Assembly: GCA_963745025.1 (NCBI GenBank)
Contig: CAVUWD010000006.1
Span: forward strand, 352,001 to 416,000
Length of the DNA stretch: 64,000 nucleotides
Direction: 5' to 3'
Source of the DNA: an uncultured delta proteobacterium
Lineage (GTDB): Bacteria; Desulfobacterota; Binatia; JACPRU01
The notes beneath the pieces were generated by a model that was not told where the DNA came from, made no database searches, and saw nothing but the letters and a program-made list of their open reading frames with translations. This document shows positions 44,576 to 56,750 of the stretch, piece by piece; the stretch's first letter is position 1; each line of letters starts with the position of its first letter. A program made the position numbers and the translations under genes.

Positions 44576-45508
44576 ATGAGACTTGTCTTCTTCGGAACCC
44601 CCGCGTTCGCGGTGCCCTCGCTCCACGCCCTGCTGGCACGAGGTCACGAGATCGCCGCCGTGTTCTCCCGGCCCGATCGGCCCGCAGGAAGAGGGCAAGC
44701 GTCGCGCGTCTCGGCGGTCAAGCGGGTCGCGCTCGAGCGCGGGCTTCGGATCGAGCAGCCCGAGACGCTGCGGGATCCCGCCGTGGTGGAGCGTCTGCGC
44801 GCGCTCGCTCCCGAGGCGATCGTCGTTGCGGCGTACGGCAAGATCTTGCCGAAGAGCTTGCTCGATCTACCGCCGCGCGGTGCGATCAACGTTCACGCAT
44901 CGCTGCTTCCGAAACACCGCGGCGCGGCGCCGATCCAGCGCGCCATCCTGGCCGGCGATCCGACGACCGGCATCACCATCATGCAGATGAACGAGCAAAT
45001 GGACGCAGGCGACCTCCTCCTGCAGGAGCAGGTCACGATCCACGCCGACGACACCGCCGAATCGCTCGGCGGGCGGCTCGCCGAAGTCGGCGCGCATCTG
45101 ATCGTCGCGGCCCTCGATCGCCTGGCCCGCGGTCTCCTGGTACCGCGGCCGCAGCACGACGCCGAAGCCACTCTCGCGCCGATGGTGAAGAAGGAAGAAG
45201 GGATGATCGACTGGCACCGCAGCGCCGTGGAGATCGAACGCGCGGTGCGCGCCTTCACGCCGTGGCCGAGCGCCTACAGCTGTGTCGGTGGAAGGCTCCT
45301 GAAAATCCACCGCGCGGCAGTATGCGCCGCGGCGACACGTGCCGCGCCCGGTACCGTCGTGCGCGCCTGCCGCGACGCGCTCGAAGTCGCCACGGGGCAC
45401 GAGTGCCTGCGCCTTCTCGAGGTCCAGCTCGAAGGCAAGAGGCGACTCGGCACGCGGGAATTTCTCGCCGGCAGGCCGCTCCGCGAAGGCGACGTGCTGG
45501 GACGGTGA
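44576..45508 (+). CDS. fmt: Methionyl-tRNA formyltransferase
   Basis: FFGTPAFA, PDRPAGRG, INVHASLLPKHRGAAPI, MDAGD. Confidence 0.97.
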   Translation: MRLVFFGTPAFAVPSLHALLARGHEIAAVFSRPDRPAGRGQASRVSAVKRVALERGLRIEQPETLRDPAVVERLRALAPEAIVVAAYGKILPKSLLDLPPRGAINVHASLLPKHRGAAPIQRAILAGDPTTGITIMQMNEQMDAGDLLLQEQVTIHADDTAESLGGRLAEVGAHLIVAALDRLARGLLVPRPQHDAEATLAPMVKKEEGMIDWHRSAVEIERAVRAFTPWPSAYSCVGGRLLKIHRAAVCAAATRAAPGTVVRACRDALEVATGHECLRLLEVQLEGKRRLGTREFLAGRPLREGDVLGR

Positions 45509-45610
45509 CGGCCACCGGCTTCCCGCTACCGGCAAAGAAGTCGCGGTTCATTTTTGCGGCAGCCGCTAGCCGTTGAGCACCCTTCGCTCGTTCAGTATGT
45601 TCGAACCGTC

Positions 45611-46261
45611 ATGACACTCATCGCTCCGTCGATTCTGTCCGCGGATTTCAGCCGGCTCGGCGACGAGGTCGAGGCGGTGACGAAAGCCGGCGCGGATTGG
45701 ATCCACGTCGACGTCATGGATGGGCATTTCGTCCCGAACATCACGATCGGCCCGCTGGTGGTTCACGCCATCCGCGCGCACTCGCGAAAGTTCTTCGACG
45801 TCCATCTCATGGTCGAAGACCCCGATCCGCACATCCCGACCTTCATCGCAGCGGGTGCCGATCAGGTCGCCGTTCATCCCGAAGCCTGCAACGAGTTCTC
45901 GGTCACATTGCGCTTGATCCGCGAAGGAGGAGCCAAGGTCTCCGCGGCCATCAACCCCGAGACCGCGCTTTCGGTGCTCGACGGCTTCTGGGCGGAAGTC
46001 GACACGCTTCTCATGATGAGCGTTCACCCCGGCGCCGGCGGTCAGGAGTTCATCGGCGAAGTGCTCGACAAGATCCGCGAGGCGGCGCGCATCAAACGCG
46101 CAGGAAGCCATCGCTTCGCGATCGAGGTGGACGGCGGGGTAAAACCCCACAACGCTTCGCAGATCGTTCGCGCGGGCGCCGAGGTCTTGGTTGCGGGCTC
46201 CGCAATATTCGGCGCCAACGACTACGCGGAAGCGATCGAGGTCCTGCGACGAGCGGGATGA
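45611..46261 (+). CDS. rpe: Ribulose-phosphate 3-epimerase
   Basis: IAPSILSADF, HVDVMDGHFVPNITIG, DVHLMV, EVDGG. Confidence 0.96.
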   Translation: MTLIAPSILSADFSRLGDEVEAVTKAGADWIHVDVMDGHFVPNITIGPLVVHAIRAHSRKFFDVHLMVEDPDPHIPTFIAAGADQVAVHPEACNEFSVTLRLIREGGAKVSAAINPETALSVLDGFWAEVDTLLMMSVHPGAGGQEFIGEVLDKIREAARIKRAGSHRFAIEVDGGVKPHNASQIVRAGAEVLVAGSAIFGANDYAEAIEVLRRAG

Positions 46262-46354
46262 ACGCGTCGAGAGGACGCTTTACGCGACTCTCAGCGATCG
46301 GCTACCGGCTTGTCGGTAACCGAAAGCTGATAGCTGTGATCCCCTTGAAACTCC

Positions 46355-46396
46355 GGTAGTGGGTCATTCTTGAGATTTCAAAAATGACCCACTACC
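46355..46396. repeat. Perfect 14-bp inverted repeat (REP/MITE-like) upstream of tRNA
   Basis: GGTAGTGGGTCATT-CTTGAGATTTCAAA-AATGACCCACTACC. Confidence 0.75.
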
Positions 46397-46454
46397 AAAC
46401 GTCCCCTCCCGTTTACCCACCCGGCACCCTATGTTAGTAGACCCCCTCTGGCGT

Positions 46455-46528
46455 CGGGGTGTAGCTCAGCTTGGTAGAGCGCACGGTTCGGGACCGTGAA
46501 GTCGGAGGTTCAAATCCTCTCACCCCGA
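46455..46528 (+). tRNA. tRNA-Pro (anticodon CGG), CCA not encoded
   Basis: CGGGGTG acceptor / CACCCCG, D arm TAGCTCAGCTTGGTAGAGC, anticodon arm CACGG-TTCGGGA-CCGTG, T loop GGTTCAAATCC. Confidence 0.95.
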
Positions 46529-46554
46529 TTTCTGCTCTTCCTGAGAGAGAACCG

Positions 46555-47235
46555 ATGACATTCGCGCGCATCGCTCGTTGGCTGGCTGGCCTCGCGCTGC
46601 TCTCGGCCATCGAATTCGCTGCCTTTGCGGGCCCAGCGGAGATCTCGGGGATCGACAAGATCTATCTTCGCTCGGGGCCCGGCACGGACACCGCCCCCGT
46701 CACGGTTCTCAATGCCGGGGACCAAGTGAACATCATCGGCGGCGACGGCTCCTGGACGAAGGTCGAGACCCAAGACGGCAAGGTCGGCTTCGTCTCCCAC
46801 CGTTACGTCGTTCCCAGAGTCGACGGCAGCCCGGCCCAGGTAGCGCCGCAGCCCGTCGCGCCTGCGAGCAACGTTGCCGCCGCGCCAGGCGCGGCCCCTC
46901 CGGTCCCTTCCCCGACCGCGGCGGAGGGGGCACCCAACGACGAGCTCTCCGCCGAGCTCACGGGCCTGCGCGCTGAAGTCGCCGACCTCAAGCAGAAGGT
47001 GCAGGCGCGGGGGGATCAGACCGGTGAGGTGCAAGCCCCAGGCGGAGCGTCCGTTTCCTCGATTTCCCCGGCGCCGCTGAACGCCCCGCTCGTCCCCGCG
47101 TCAGCGCCTTCCGGCAAAGAGCAGGGCATCGGCGTCTTGACCGTCGCGTTCCTGTCGCTCCTCGTCGGCTGGGTTCTCGGCTCCGCGTTCGCCCGCCGTC
47201 GCCCGCGCTCGCAGCGGCCGCGTCTGCGCCTCTGA
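46555..47235 (+). CDS. SH3-domain protein (YgiM/HtrG-like)
   Basis: Signal peptide, YLRSGPGT...WTKVET...GFVS SH3b, Pro/Ala linker, coiled coil and C-terminal TM. Confidence 0.75.
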   Translation: MTFARIARWLAGLALLSAIEFAAFAGPAEISGIDKIYLRSGPGTDTAPVTVLNAGDQVNIIGGDGSWTKVETQDGKVGFVSHRYVVPRVDGSPAQVAPQPVAPASNVAAAPGAAPPVPSPTAAEGAPNDELSAELTGLRAEVADLKQKVQARGDQTGEVQAPGGASVSSISPAPLNAPLVPASAPSGKEQGIGVLTVAFLSLLVGWVLGSAFARRRPRSQRPRLRL

Positions 47236-47239
47236 GTCC

Positions 47240-47830
47240 GTGGTCGCAGCCGTCGCCGTCGTCCTCGCCTATCTGGTCGGTTCGATCCCGACCGGCGTGC
47301 TGCTCGGTCGGTGGGCCGGTGTCGACGTGCGCTCCGCAGGCAGCGGCAACATCGGTGCGACGAACGTCGCCCGCACCGCGGGTCGGGCTCTCGGCATCCT
47401 GACGCTCGTCGGTGATGCCTTGAAGGGCCTGATTCCGGTACTGGTCGCGCGTGCGCTCGGGCTCGACGACGCGACGGTCGCCGGCGTAGCGGTCGCCGCG
47501 CTCTGCGGGCACGTGTGCTCGATCTTCCTCTCGTTTCGAGGTGGGAAGGGCGTCGCAACGGGGGTCGGCGTGCTGCTCGGCCTCGCGCCGGCAACCGTTC
47601 CGATCCCACTCGGCGTTTTCGTAGTGACGATGGCACTCTCGAGAATCGTCTCGCTGAGCTCGATCCTGGCATCGCTGAGCGCGCCGCTCATCGTCTTCGT
47701 GTTCCGCTACCCTCCGCCAATCGCTTGGGCAGCTCTCGTCATCGCCCTGTTGATCGTGCTGCGGCACCGCGAGAACATCATCCGGCTCATGGCGGGAACC
47801 GAGCGGCGATTCGAGAGCAGGAAGCCATGA
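47240..47830 (+). CDS. plsY: Acyl-phosphate:glycerol-3-phosphate acyltransferase
   Basis: YLVGSIP, GSGNIGATNVAR, DALKG, GGKGVATG, RHRENIIRL. Confidence 0.95.
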   Translation: MVAAVAVVLAYLVGSIPTGVLLGRWAGVDVRSAGSGNIGATNVARTAGRALGILTLVGDALKGLIPVLVARALGLDDATVAGVAVAALCGHVCSIFLSFRGGKGVATGVGVLLGLAPATVPIPLGVFVVTMALSRIVSLSSILASLSAPLIVFVFRYPPPIAWAALVIALLIVLRHRENIIRLMAGTERRFESRKP

Positions 47831-47866
47831 TCAAAGAGGCGGCACTGCCCGAAAACCCACCACTGA

Positions 47867-49941
<2,075 letters not shown>

Positions 49942-49964
49942 TTCGATCGCGGTCCGCTACGTGC

Positions 49965-50007
49965 GGAAAAGGCCGGTCTCCCGTCTTGGGGCCGGCCTTT
50001 TCCTTTT
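49965..50007 (+). terminator. Intrinsic terminator after glnA
   Basis: GGAAAAGGCCGGTC...GGCCGGCCTTTTCC followed by TTTT. Confidence 0.75.
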
Positions 50008-50022
50008 CGCCAGGCGCGGTCG

Positions 50023-50160
50023 CTACGGGTCGGACGCGGCCTCGTAAAGGAGCGTCTCGGCCTCTTCCCAGCCGATGCAGGCGTCGGTAATCGAGACGCC
50101 GTACTCCAGGACTCCGTCGCTTCTCCAGGCTTGCCGGCCGGGCTCGAGATGGCTCTCCAG
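50023..50160 (-). pseudogene. C-terminal remnant of a class I (AroF/G/H-type) DAHP synthase
   Basis: Translates [42 protein letters not shown]; no upstream part. Confidence 0.7.
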
Positions 50161-50206
50161 CGGCGATCGGGGTTTCGGCGGTCGTAGGCCCATCGCCGAT
50201 CGACTC

Positions 50207-51484
50207 CTACGTCCCCTGATCCCAAGATCGCAAGTACTTCTCCTGTTCCGCCGTCAGGCGGTCGATCTTGATTCGCATGCTTGCGAGCTTCAGCGTCGCG
50301 ACGCGGTCCTCGATCGTCTTCGGCACATCGTGAACCTTGACCTCGAGCCGACGCGTGCGGCCGTTCTTCGCCGCCCACTGCGTCATCAACGCCTGGGTGG
50401 CGAAGCTCATGTCCATGACCGCCGGAGGGTGTCCCTCCGCCGCGGCAAGGTTCACGAGTCGTCCCTCGCCGAGCAGATATAGCGTGCGGCCGTCTTTCAG
50501 GACGTAGCCGTCGACCGAGGGCCGCACGTTGTTCAACACCTTCTTGGACATCGCCCGCAGCGCCTTGATGTCGATCTCGATGTCGAAGTGCCCGGAGTTG
50601 GCGAGCAGGGACCCGTCCTTCATCTTCGCCAGGTGCTCTTTGCGGATCACGTGCGCGTCACCGGTCAGCGTCACGAAGATGTCGCCGACGGCGGCCGCCT
50701 CCCCCATCTGCATCACCCGTAAGCCATCCATCGCCGCCTCGAGCGCCTTGATCGGATCGACCTCGGTGACGATGACGTTCGCCCCCATTCCTCTCGCGCG
50801 GCTCGCCACGCCCTTGCCGCACCAGCCGTAGCCAGCGACGACGATGTTCTTGCCCGCAAGTAGCACGCTGGTCGCACGGAGGATCCCGTCGATGGTCGAT
50901 TGCCCCGTGCCATAGCGATTGTCGAACAAGTGCTTGGTAGCGGCGTCGTTCACGGCGACCACGGGGATCTTGAGCGCGCCGTCGGCGGCCATGGCGCGCA
51001 GCCGGATCACGCCCGTCGTCGTCTCCTCCATGCTCGCGACCACGCGATCGGAGATCTTGGCGTATTCCGTGTGCAGCAGCGAGACCAGGTCGGCGCCGTC
51101 GTCGAGGGTCACGTCGGGACGCGCATCGAGCACCGCACGAAGGTGCTTGTAGTAGGTCTTGTGGTCTTCGCCGTGTATCGCGAAAACGGGGATCCCCTCC
51201 TTCACGAGCGCGGCGGCAGAGTCGTCTTGGGTCGAAAGCGGATTCGATGCGCACAGCAGCACCTTCGCCCCCGCGGCCTTGAAGGCGCGCATCAAGTTTG
51301 CCGTTTCGGCGGTTACGTGGAGACACGCACCCACGGTCATGCCCTGCAGCGGCCGCGTGCGGGCAAATTCGTCGCGGATTTGCCGCAGCACCGGCATGCC
51401 CTGATCCGCCCAGTTGACGCGTCTTAGGCCCTGCTTGGCGAGGGCCGGGTTGGCGACGTCGTATCCCCTTCCGTTCGGGCCCAT
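50207..51484 (-). CDS. ahcY: Adenosylhomocysteinase
   Basis: [49 protein letters not shown]. Confidence 0.97.
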   Translation of the reverse strand: MGPNGRGYDVANPALAKQGLRRVNWADQGMPVLRQIRDEFARTRPLQGMTVGACLHVTAETANLMRAFKAAGAKVLLCASNPLSTQDDSAAALVKEGIPVFAIHGEDHKTYYKHLRAVLDARPDVTLDDGADLVSLLHTEYAKISDRVVASMEETTTGVIRLRAMAADGALKIPVVAVNDAATKHLFDNRYGTGQSTIDGILRATSVLLAGKNIVVAGYGWCGKGVASRARGMGANVIVTEVDPIKALEAAMDGLRVMQMGEAAAVGDIFVTLTGDAHVIRKEHLAKMKDGSLLANSGHFDIEIDIKALRAMSKKVLNNVRPSVDGYVLKDGRTLYLLGEGRLVNLAAAEGHPPAVMDMSFATQALMTQWAAKNGRTRRLEVKVHDVPKTIEDRVATLKLASMRIKIDRLTAEQEKYLRSWDQGT

Positions 51485-51486
51485 TC

Positions 51487-52653
51487 TCACCATCCCTCCT
51501 TGCGCAGCTTCTCCACTCCGTCCGTCTTCTCCCAGGGGAAGAGGCCGCCCTCGGGATTGCGCCCAAAGTGCCCATACGAAGCCGTCGGCTGATAGATCGG
51601 GCGCTTCAAGTCGAGGGCTTCGATGATTCCCGCGGGGCGGAGATCGAAGTTCTTGGTCACGAGCTCGACGATCTTCTCGTCGGGAATGAGGCCGGTGCCG
51701 AAGGTATCGACGAGCACCGACAGCGGCCGCGCGACGCCGATCGCGTAGGCAACCTGCACCTCACATTTCTTCGCGAGGCCGGCAGCGACGACGTTCTTCG
51801 CCACGTAGCGTGCCATGTACGCGGCGCTGCGGTCGACCTTCGAGGGGTCCTTGCCCGAGAAGGCACCGCCGCCGTGACGGCCATATCCGCCGTAGGTGTC
51901 GACGATGATCTTTCGACCGGTCAAACCGCAGTCCCCCTTGGGTCCGCCCGTCACGAATCGCCCCGTCGGGTTCACGTGATAGTTCGTCTTGGCGTCCAGG
52001 TACTGCGCCGGGATGATCTTCTTGATCACCTCTTCGACGACGACTTCCCGGAGCGTCTCGTTCGAGACGTCCGCAGAATGCTGGGTGGAGATGACCACCG
52101 AATCGACGCGTACCGGCTTCCCGTCACGATACTGAACCGTGACCTGCGACTTCGCGTCGGGGCGCAGAAACGAGTACCGGCCGTCCTTCCGGACCTTCGC
52201 CAGGCGTTTGACGAGCTCGTGCGCAATCTGAATCGGCAGCGGCATCCGCTCGGCAGTCTCGTCACACGCGAAGCCGAACATCATCCCTTGGTCACCCGCC
52301 CCTTGCTCCTTGTTGACCGAGGCGTCGACGCCCATCGCGATGTCGCCCGACTGGCGATCGAGGGCGATCAGAACCGCGCAGGTATCGGCATCGAAACCCA
52401 TTTCGGACGAGACGTAGCCGATGTCGCGAACGACTTTACGGACGACGTCCGGGTAACTGATGAGAGTGTTGGTGGTGATCTCGCCCGCGACCACGACCAT
52501 CCCGGTCTTGGCGAGGGTTTCGCAGGCCACCCGACTCTGCGGATCCTTGGCGATCAGCGCGTCGAGGATGGCGTCCGAGATCTGGTCGCACATCTTGTCG
52601 GGATGGCCCTCGGACACCGACTCCGAGGTGAAGAAAAAGTCTTTCAATGGCAT
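51487..52653 (-). CDS. metK: S-adenosylmethionine synthetase
   Basis: [35 protein letters not shown]. Confidence 0.98.
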   Translation of the reverse strand: MPLKDFFFTSESVSEGHPDKMCDQISDAILDALIAKDPQSRVACETLAKTGMVVVAGEITTNTLISYPDVVRKVVRDIGYVSSEMGFDADTCAVLIALDRQSGDIAMGVDASVNKEQGAGDQGMMFGFACDETAERMPLPIQIAHELVKRLAKVRKDGRYSFLRPDAKSQVTVQYRDGKPVRVDSVVISTQHSADVSNETLREVVVEEVIKKIIPAQYLDAKTNYHVNPTGRFVTGGPKGDCGLTGRKIIVDTYGGYGRHGGGAFSGKDPSKVDRSAAYMARYVAKNVVAAGLAKKCEVQVAYAIGVARPLSVLVDTFGTGLIPDEKIVELVTKNFDLRPAGIIEALDLKRPIYQPTASYGHFGRNPEGGLFPWEKTDGVEKLRKEGW

Positions 52654-52969
52654 GAAATTCCTCCGCGGGAGGCTCTAAGACGCAACCGACCGTAGGTAGC
52701 CGATCGCCACCGGACAATCAACCCCGAAGCCTAAAGAACGTCCGCCCCGTGCGCGGGTCGCGCGAGAAGGGTCCGTCCCGGCACGCGCGCTTCTGTAGGG
52801 GTCCCTCTCGTCCCGAGCGCGCGGCGAGCGCCCCCTTCTCGCGCCATCGCGTACGAAGCGGGGCCGGTACGGCCTCATCCTGCCTCGACGGAACGGCGCT
52901 AGCTCGGTAAGCCGTTTGATCGGAGACGGTTCGCGACCAACGCGAGCGATCCGTGACGCAGCTTCCTCG

Positions 52970-53260
52970 TTACTCCGGCTCCCTGAACTTATCCCCGATC
53001 AGCGCGCCGATCTTCGCGAGGGCCTCTTGCGCCGCGGGGCCGCGCGCTTCGACGTCGATCGACCTCCCCATGCCGGCGGCCAGCATCATGAGGCCCATGA
53101 TGCTCTTGCCGTTCACCGTTTCGTCGCCCTTGCTGACGAACACGTCCGCGTCGAGCCCCGCAACCGTCTGCACGAAGAGCGCCGCCGCCCGGGCGTGGAG
53201 CCCGAGACGGTTTTGGATCACGAACGTCTCCTTCAACGACGGGGTCCGCGGCTCGCTCAT
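52970..53260 (-). CDS. ptsH: Phosphocarrier protein HPr
   Basis: GLHARAA (His15) and GKSIMGLMML (Ser46). Confidence 0.93.
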   Translation of the reverse strand: MSEPRTPSLKETFVIQNRLGLHARAAALFVQTVAGLDADVFVSKGDETVNGKSIMGLMMLAAGMGRSIDVEARGPAAQEALAKIGALIGDKFREPE

Positions 53261-53673
53261 CGACGAACGGCTCCGTCGGTCGAGCGGCTGTGCTCGCTCG
53301 CCCAGAAGATGTGGTCTCGTCCGTACTCGCGAATGAAGCCCGCGAGTTCGCGAAGTGCCATGGTGCCGCGGGCGCTCGCGGCCTTGATGAGCATCGGCAT
53401 GTTGACCCCAGCCACGACCTCCGCGCACGACGTGCCGGCAAAGTTGAGGCTGAGGTTCGTGGCCGTGTCGCCGAGCATGTCGGTGAGCACGAGCACCCCG
53501 TCGCCGTCGTCGACTCGCTCGGCCATGCGCCGGATCTCAGCCTTGACGACCTCCGGATCCGCTTCGCTGCTCGAAACGGCCTCCAGCCCGGGAACGGGGC
53601 CAAGGACTCCGTGCAGGGTCCGCACCATCTCTTCCCCGAGACGCCCGTGCGTCGCCACGACGATGCCGATCAT
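53257..53673 (-). CDS. PTS mannose-family EIIA component
   Basis: IGIVVATHG, VLTDMLG, GVNMPMLI. Confidence 0.9.
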   Translation of the reverse strand: MIGIVVATHGRLGEEMVRTLHGVLGPVPGLEAVSSSEADPEVVKAEIRRMAERVDDGDGVLVLTDMLGDTATNLSLNFAGTSCAEVVAGVNMPMLIKAASARGTMALRELAGFIREYGRDHIFWASEHSRSTDGAVRR

Positions 53674-53685
53674 CTCATCCTCTTC

Positions 53686-54552
53686 TCATCTCGCGATGTC
53701 ACGATGCCGTATCTGCACGCGGTAGCCTTCGGCCGCGAGCCGCCGACCGATCTCTTCGACGAGCACGATCGAGCGGTGTCGGCCCCCGGTGCAGCCGAGG
53801 GCCAGCGTGAAATACGACTTGCCCTCGTGAAGATAGCGGGGCAAGAGGAATCGCAGCAAGGCCTGGCCGTGATTCAGGAACTCCACGGTCTCGGGACGGT
53901 CGAGGAGAAATCGTACCACCGGTTCGTCGAGGCCCGAGAGCACGCGCAGCTCGTCGATAAAGAACGGATTCGGCAGGAAGCGCACGTCGAGAACCATGTC
54001 CGCGTCGGTCGGAATTCCGAACTTGTAGCCGAACGAGGTGAGGAAGAGCGACATTCCCTCCTGCGCCGTGTGCTCGCCATAGTCGCGGGTCAGCTCGGCG
54101 CGAAGCTGGTGAACGGTGAGCGCGGTCGAATCGAGAATGCGATTGGCGCCGGCACGCACGGCTGCCAACCGCTCTCGCTCGCGGCGGATCCCGTCGATCG
54201 GAGATCCTCCGTCGGCGAGCGGATGCGGCCGACGGGTTTCGCTGAATCGACGCACCAGCACCTCGTCGGCGGCATCGAGAAAGAGCACCTCCACGCGATA
54301 TCCCTGGCGGCGCGCCTGGTCGATCACGCCGGGCAATTCACCGAAGAACGCCCGCTCCCGCAGATCGATTCCTAGTGCGATGCGGTTGATGCCTTCGCCG
54401 AGCCCCTCGCAGAGCTCGAGAAACCGAGGCATCAGCACGACCGGCAGGTTGTCGATGCAGTAGAACCCGAGATCCTCGAGCACGTGGATCGCCGTCGATT
54501 TTCCCGAGCCCGAGAGCCCCGTGACGATCACCACGCGGGGGCGCTCAGCCAT
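53686..54552 (-). CDS. rapZ: RNase adapter RapZ / YvcJ P-loop protein
   Basis: TGLSGSGKS, DNLP, ETRRPHPL, SFGYKFG, DVRFLPNP, GCTGGRHRS. Confidence 0.93.
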   Translation of the reverse strand: MAERPRVVIVTGLSGSGKSTAIHVLEDLGFYCIDNLPVVLMPRFLELCEGLGEGINRIALGIDLRERAFFGELPGVIDQARRQGYRVEVLFLDAADEVLVRRFSETRRPHPLADGGSPIDGIRRERERLAAVRAGANRILDSTALTVHQLRAELTRDYGEHTAQEGMSLFLTSFGYKFGIPTDADMVLDVRFLPNPFFIDELRVLSGLDEPVVRFLLDRPETVEFLNHGQALLRFLLPRYLHEGKSYFTLALGCTGGRHRSIVLVEEIGRRLAAEGYRVQIRHRDIAR

Positions 54553-54611
54553 TTCGCCGCTCCAGACCAGAGCCGACGTCGCGACCAACGGGAGCGACGT
54601 CGAAGAAGCGT

Positions 54612-55586
54612 TCAGCCATTTCTGCGTCCCGGTCCTTTGGCCGCCTGCTCGGCTTGCGCGGCGAGAACCGCGTCGAGCCGCGAGGAGAACTCGCGTGCGC
54701 TGTAGACGCCGCGGCGCTTGAGCACCTGGTTTCTCACCGCGACCTCGACCAGCACGGCGATCGACCGACCCGGACGGACGGGGATCCGCACGAGCGGCAA
54801 ATCGATGTCGAGGATACGATAGTTCTCCTCTTCGAGCCCCAGCCGCTCGATCTCGTCTTGCACTTGCGATTCTTCTAGCTCGAGCACCAAGTCCACGCGG
54901 CTCTCTTCGAGCGTTGCGAGGAGGCCGTAGAGCGACGCTACGTCGGCGATGCCGAGTCCGCGGATCTCGACGTGATGACCGAGCAGGCGGGGGCTCATGC
55001 CGACGAGCTCGGCGATCCCCTCGCGGCGGATGACGACGACGTCGTCGGCGACCAGACGGTGACCGCGACTGACGAGATCGAGGGCTGCCTCGCTCTTGCC
55101 GATACCACTCTGCCCGAGGATGAGCGCACCGAGGTAGAAGACCTCGAGCAGCGCGCCGTGGAGCTGCGTTTGCGGCGCCAAACGTCGCTCGAGCCAGACC
55201 GTGACGCCGCGGATCAAGAGCGCGCTGCGCAGTCGCGTCAAGAGCAGCGCGACCCCGGCCCGATCCGCCTCCTCCCGCAAATAGTCGGGGAGCGTCGCGG
55301 CGTTGGTGACGATCACGCACGACACACCCGCATGCAGCAACGTCCGTACGGCCTTTCGCGCGCGGGCGCGTTGTAGCGTTGCGAGGTAGGAGACCTCGGT
55401 GTTCCCGAGCACCTGAATGCGGTCCGGATGGATCTGCGGCAAGTACCCCGCGAGCGCCAGACCAGGCTTCTGAATCCGCGGAATCTCGACCGAGCGCGCC
55501 AGTCCCCGCCGTCCGCCGATGAGCTCGAGGCTCAAGCTCTCGCGGTTGGCCCGGAAGAACTCCTCGATCGTGACGCGCGGATTCAT
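54612..55586 (-). CDS. hprK: HPr(Ser) kinase/phosphorylase
   Basis: QKPGLALAG, LHG, GQSGIGKSEAAL, HRLVADD, EIRGLGI. Confidence 0.95.
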   Translation of the reverse strand: MNPRVTIEEFFRANRESLSLELIGGRRGLARSVEIPRIQKPGLALAGYLPQIHPDRIQVLGNTEVSYLATLQRARARKAVRTLLHAGVSCVIVTNAATLPDYLREEADRAGVALLLTRLRSALLIRGVTVWLERRLAPQTQLHGALLEVFYLGALILGQSGIGKSEAALDLVSRGHRLVADDVVVIRREGIAELVGMSPRLLGHHVEIRGLGIADVASLYGLLATLEESRVDLVLELEESQVQDEIERLGLEEENYRILDIDLPLVRIPVRPGRSIAVLVEVAVRNQVLKRRGVYSAREFSSRLDAVLAAQAEQAAKGPGRRNG

Positions 55587-55656
55587 GAACGGCTGCAGGC
55601 TACCGCAAAAGGAGCCAGGCGTCTTCGCCGGTAGCCGGTAGCCGCAAACCCCTCTT

Positions 55657-56118
55657 TCAGTATTTGTCGTCCTCTTCGCGGATCGTCTGGTAGATCTGCC
55701 CCGCGCCGTCTGCCGCAAGCAGTCGATGGCGAAAATCGTTGTCACGTAACAGCCGCGACACCCGTGCCAGAGCCTTCAGATGCGCACCGGAGGCATCCTC
55801 GGGAGCGACGAGAAGAAAGAAGAGCCGGGTGAGACCACCGTCGAGAGATTCGAAGTCGACTCCGGTGCGGCTGCGCCCGAAGGCGGCGACCACGCCCGCG
55901 AGCTTGGGCAGCTTGCCGTGGGGGATGGCGATGCCTTCTCCGATCGCGGTCGAGCCGAGCTTCTCGCGATCCAACAGGACTTCCACGAGCCGGTCCTTGG
56001 CGATCTCCGGATGACGCTCGGCGAGCACCGTGGCAAGCTCTTCGAGAACCTCGAGCTTCGAGGTTCCCCGTAAATCTGCGACGACGTTTTCAGCGGCGAG
56101 GATGTCGAGGATTTTCAT
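55657..56118 (-). CDS. ptsN: PTS EIIA(Ntr)-like protein
   Basis: REKLGSTAIGEGIAIPHGK, HLKALARVS. Confidence 0.9.
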   Translation of the reverse strand: MKILDILAAENVVADLRGTSKLEVLEELATVLAERHPEIAKDRLVEVLLDREKLGSTAIGEGIAIPHGKLPKLAGVVAAFGRSRTGVDFESLDGGLTRLFFLLVAPEDASGAHLKALARVSRLLRDNDFRHRLLAADGAGQIYQTIREEDDKY

Positions 56119-56128
56119 TCGTCGTGGG

Positions 56129-56668
56129 TCACTGCGCCTCGGATTCGATTAGGCCGTAGTTGCCGTCTTTTCGCCGATAGATCACGCTCAGGCTCTCGCT
56201 CTGCGCGTTGCGGAACACAAAAAACTCGTTGTTCGTCAGATCCATCTGCATCACCGCCTCTTCGACCGACATCGGCTTGGCGGGAATCCGCTGCGTGCGG
56301 ATGATCTCCGGCACGCCACGCTCGTCGAGGCGATCTGGCGACAGAACCTGCAGACGGAGCCCGGGGAGCGTGCGCTCGGCTTGGTGATTCTTGCGTTTCG
56401 CGTTGAGCTTCTTCACCTGCCGCTCGATCTTGTCGAGCGCCAGGTCGATGGCCGAGTAGAGATCGTTGGTCTCGTCTTCCGAGAACAGCGAGGTGCCGTT
56501 CGCCGACAGGTTGATCTCCGCACGATGGATCTTCTTCAACACCGAAAGGATCACGTGCGCATCCATCGGACGGTGCAGATATTTCGACAGTCTTTGAAGC
56601 TTGTCTTGGGCGTACTTGCGCAGCGCTTCGGTAGGCTGGATGTGCCGGAACGTCACCGTAACCCGCAT
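56129..56668 (-). CDS. hpf: Ribosome hibernation promoting factor (long HPF)
   Basis: VTFRH, DLYSAID, KPMSVEEAVMQM, YRRKDGNYGLIE. Confidence 0.93.
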   Translation of the reverse strand: MRVTVTFRHIQPTEALRKYAQDKLQRLSKYLHRPMDAHVILSVLKKIHRAEINLSANGTSLFSEDETNDLYSAIDLALDKIERQVKKLNAKRKNHQAERTLPGLRLQVLSPDRLDERGVPEIIRTQRIPAKPMSVEEAVMQMDLTNNEFFVFRNAQSESLSVIYRRKDGNYGLIESEAQ

Positions 56669-56681
56669 GACAACCCTCCAT

Positions 56682-56742
56682 GGCTTCAGGCTTCGGGCTT
56701 CAGAAAAAACCTTCCCTTCGTCTCTCGCCGAAGCCTGGGGCC
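56682..56742. repeat. Heptamer-repeat hairpin (GGCTTCR)n between rpoN and hpf
   Basis: GGCTTCA GGCTTCG GGCTTCAG ... CCGAAGCCTGGGGCC. Confidence 0.65.
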
Positions 56743-56750
56743 AGGATTCA

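Noticed and set aside
44517-46396. CRISPR array
   Set aside because: Repeats are 7-mers or single hairpins without regularly spaced unique spacers; there are no cas genes in the window.
46455-46560. Integrative element at tRNA-Pro
   Set aside because: The tRNA is followed directly by an SH3-domain gene and plsY; no integrase or duplicated tRNA 3' end was seen.
52654-52970. Known SAM or SAH riboswitch upstream of metK
   Set aside because: I could not find the conserved SAM-I (AUC...GAU core) or SAH motifs by eye; only the unexplained hairpin is reported.
52970-56118. Sugar-transporting PTS
   Set aside because: Only EIIA components, HPr and HprK are present, with no EIIB/C/D; this is the ordinary regulatory PTS cluster next to rpoN.
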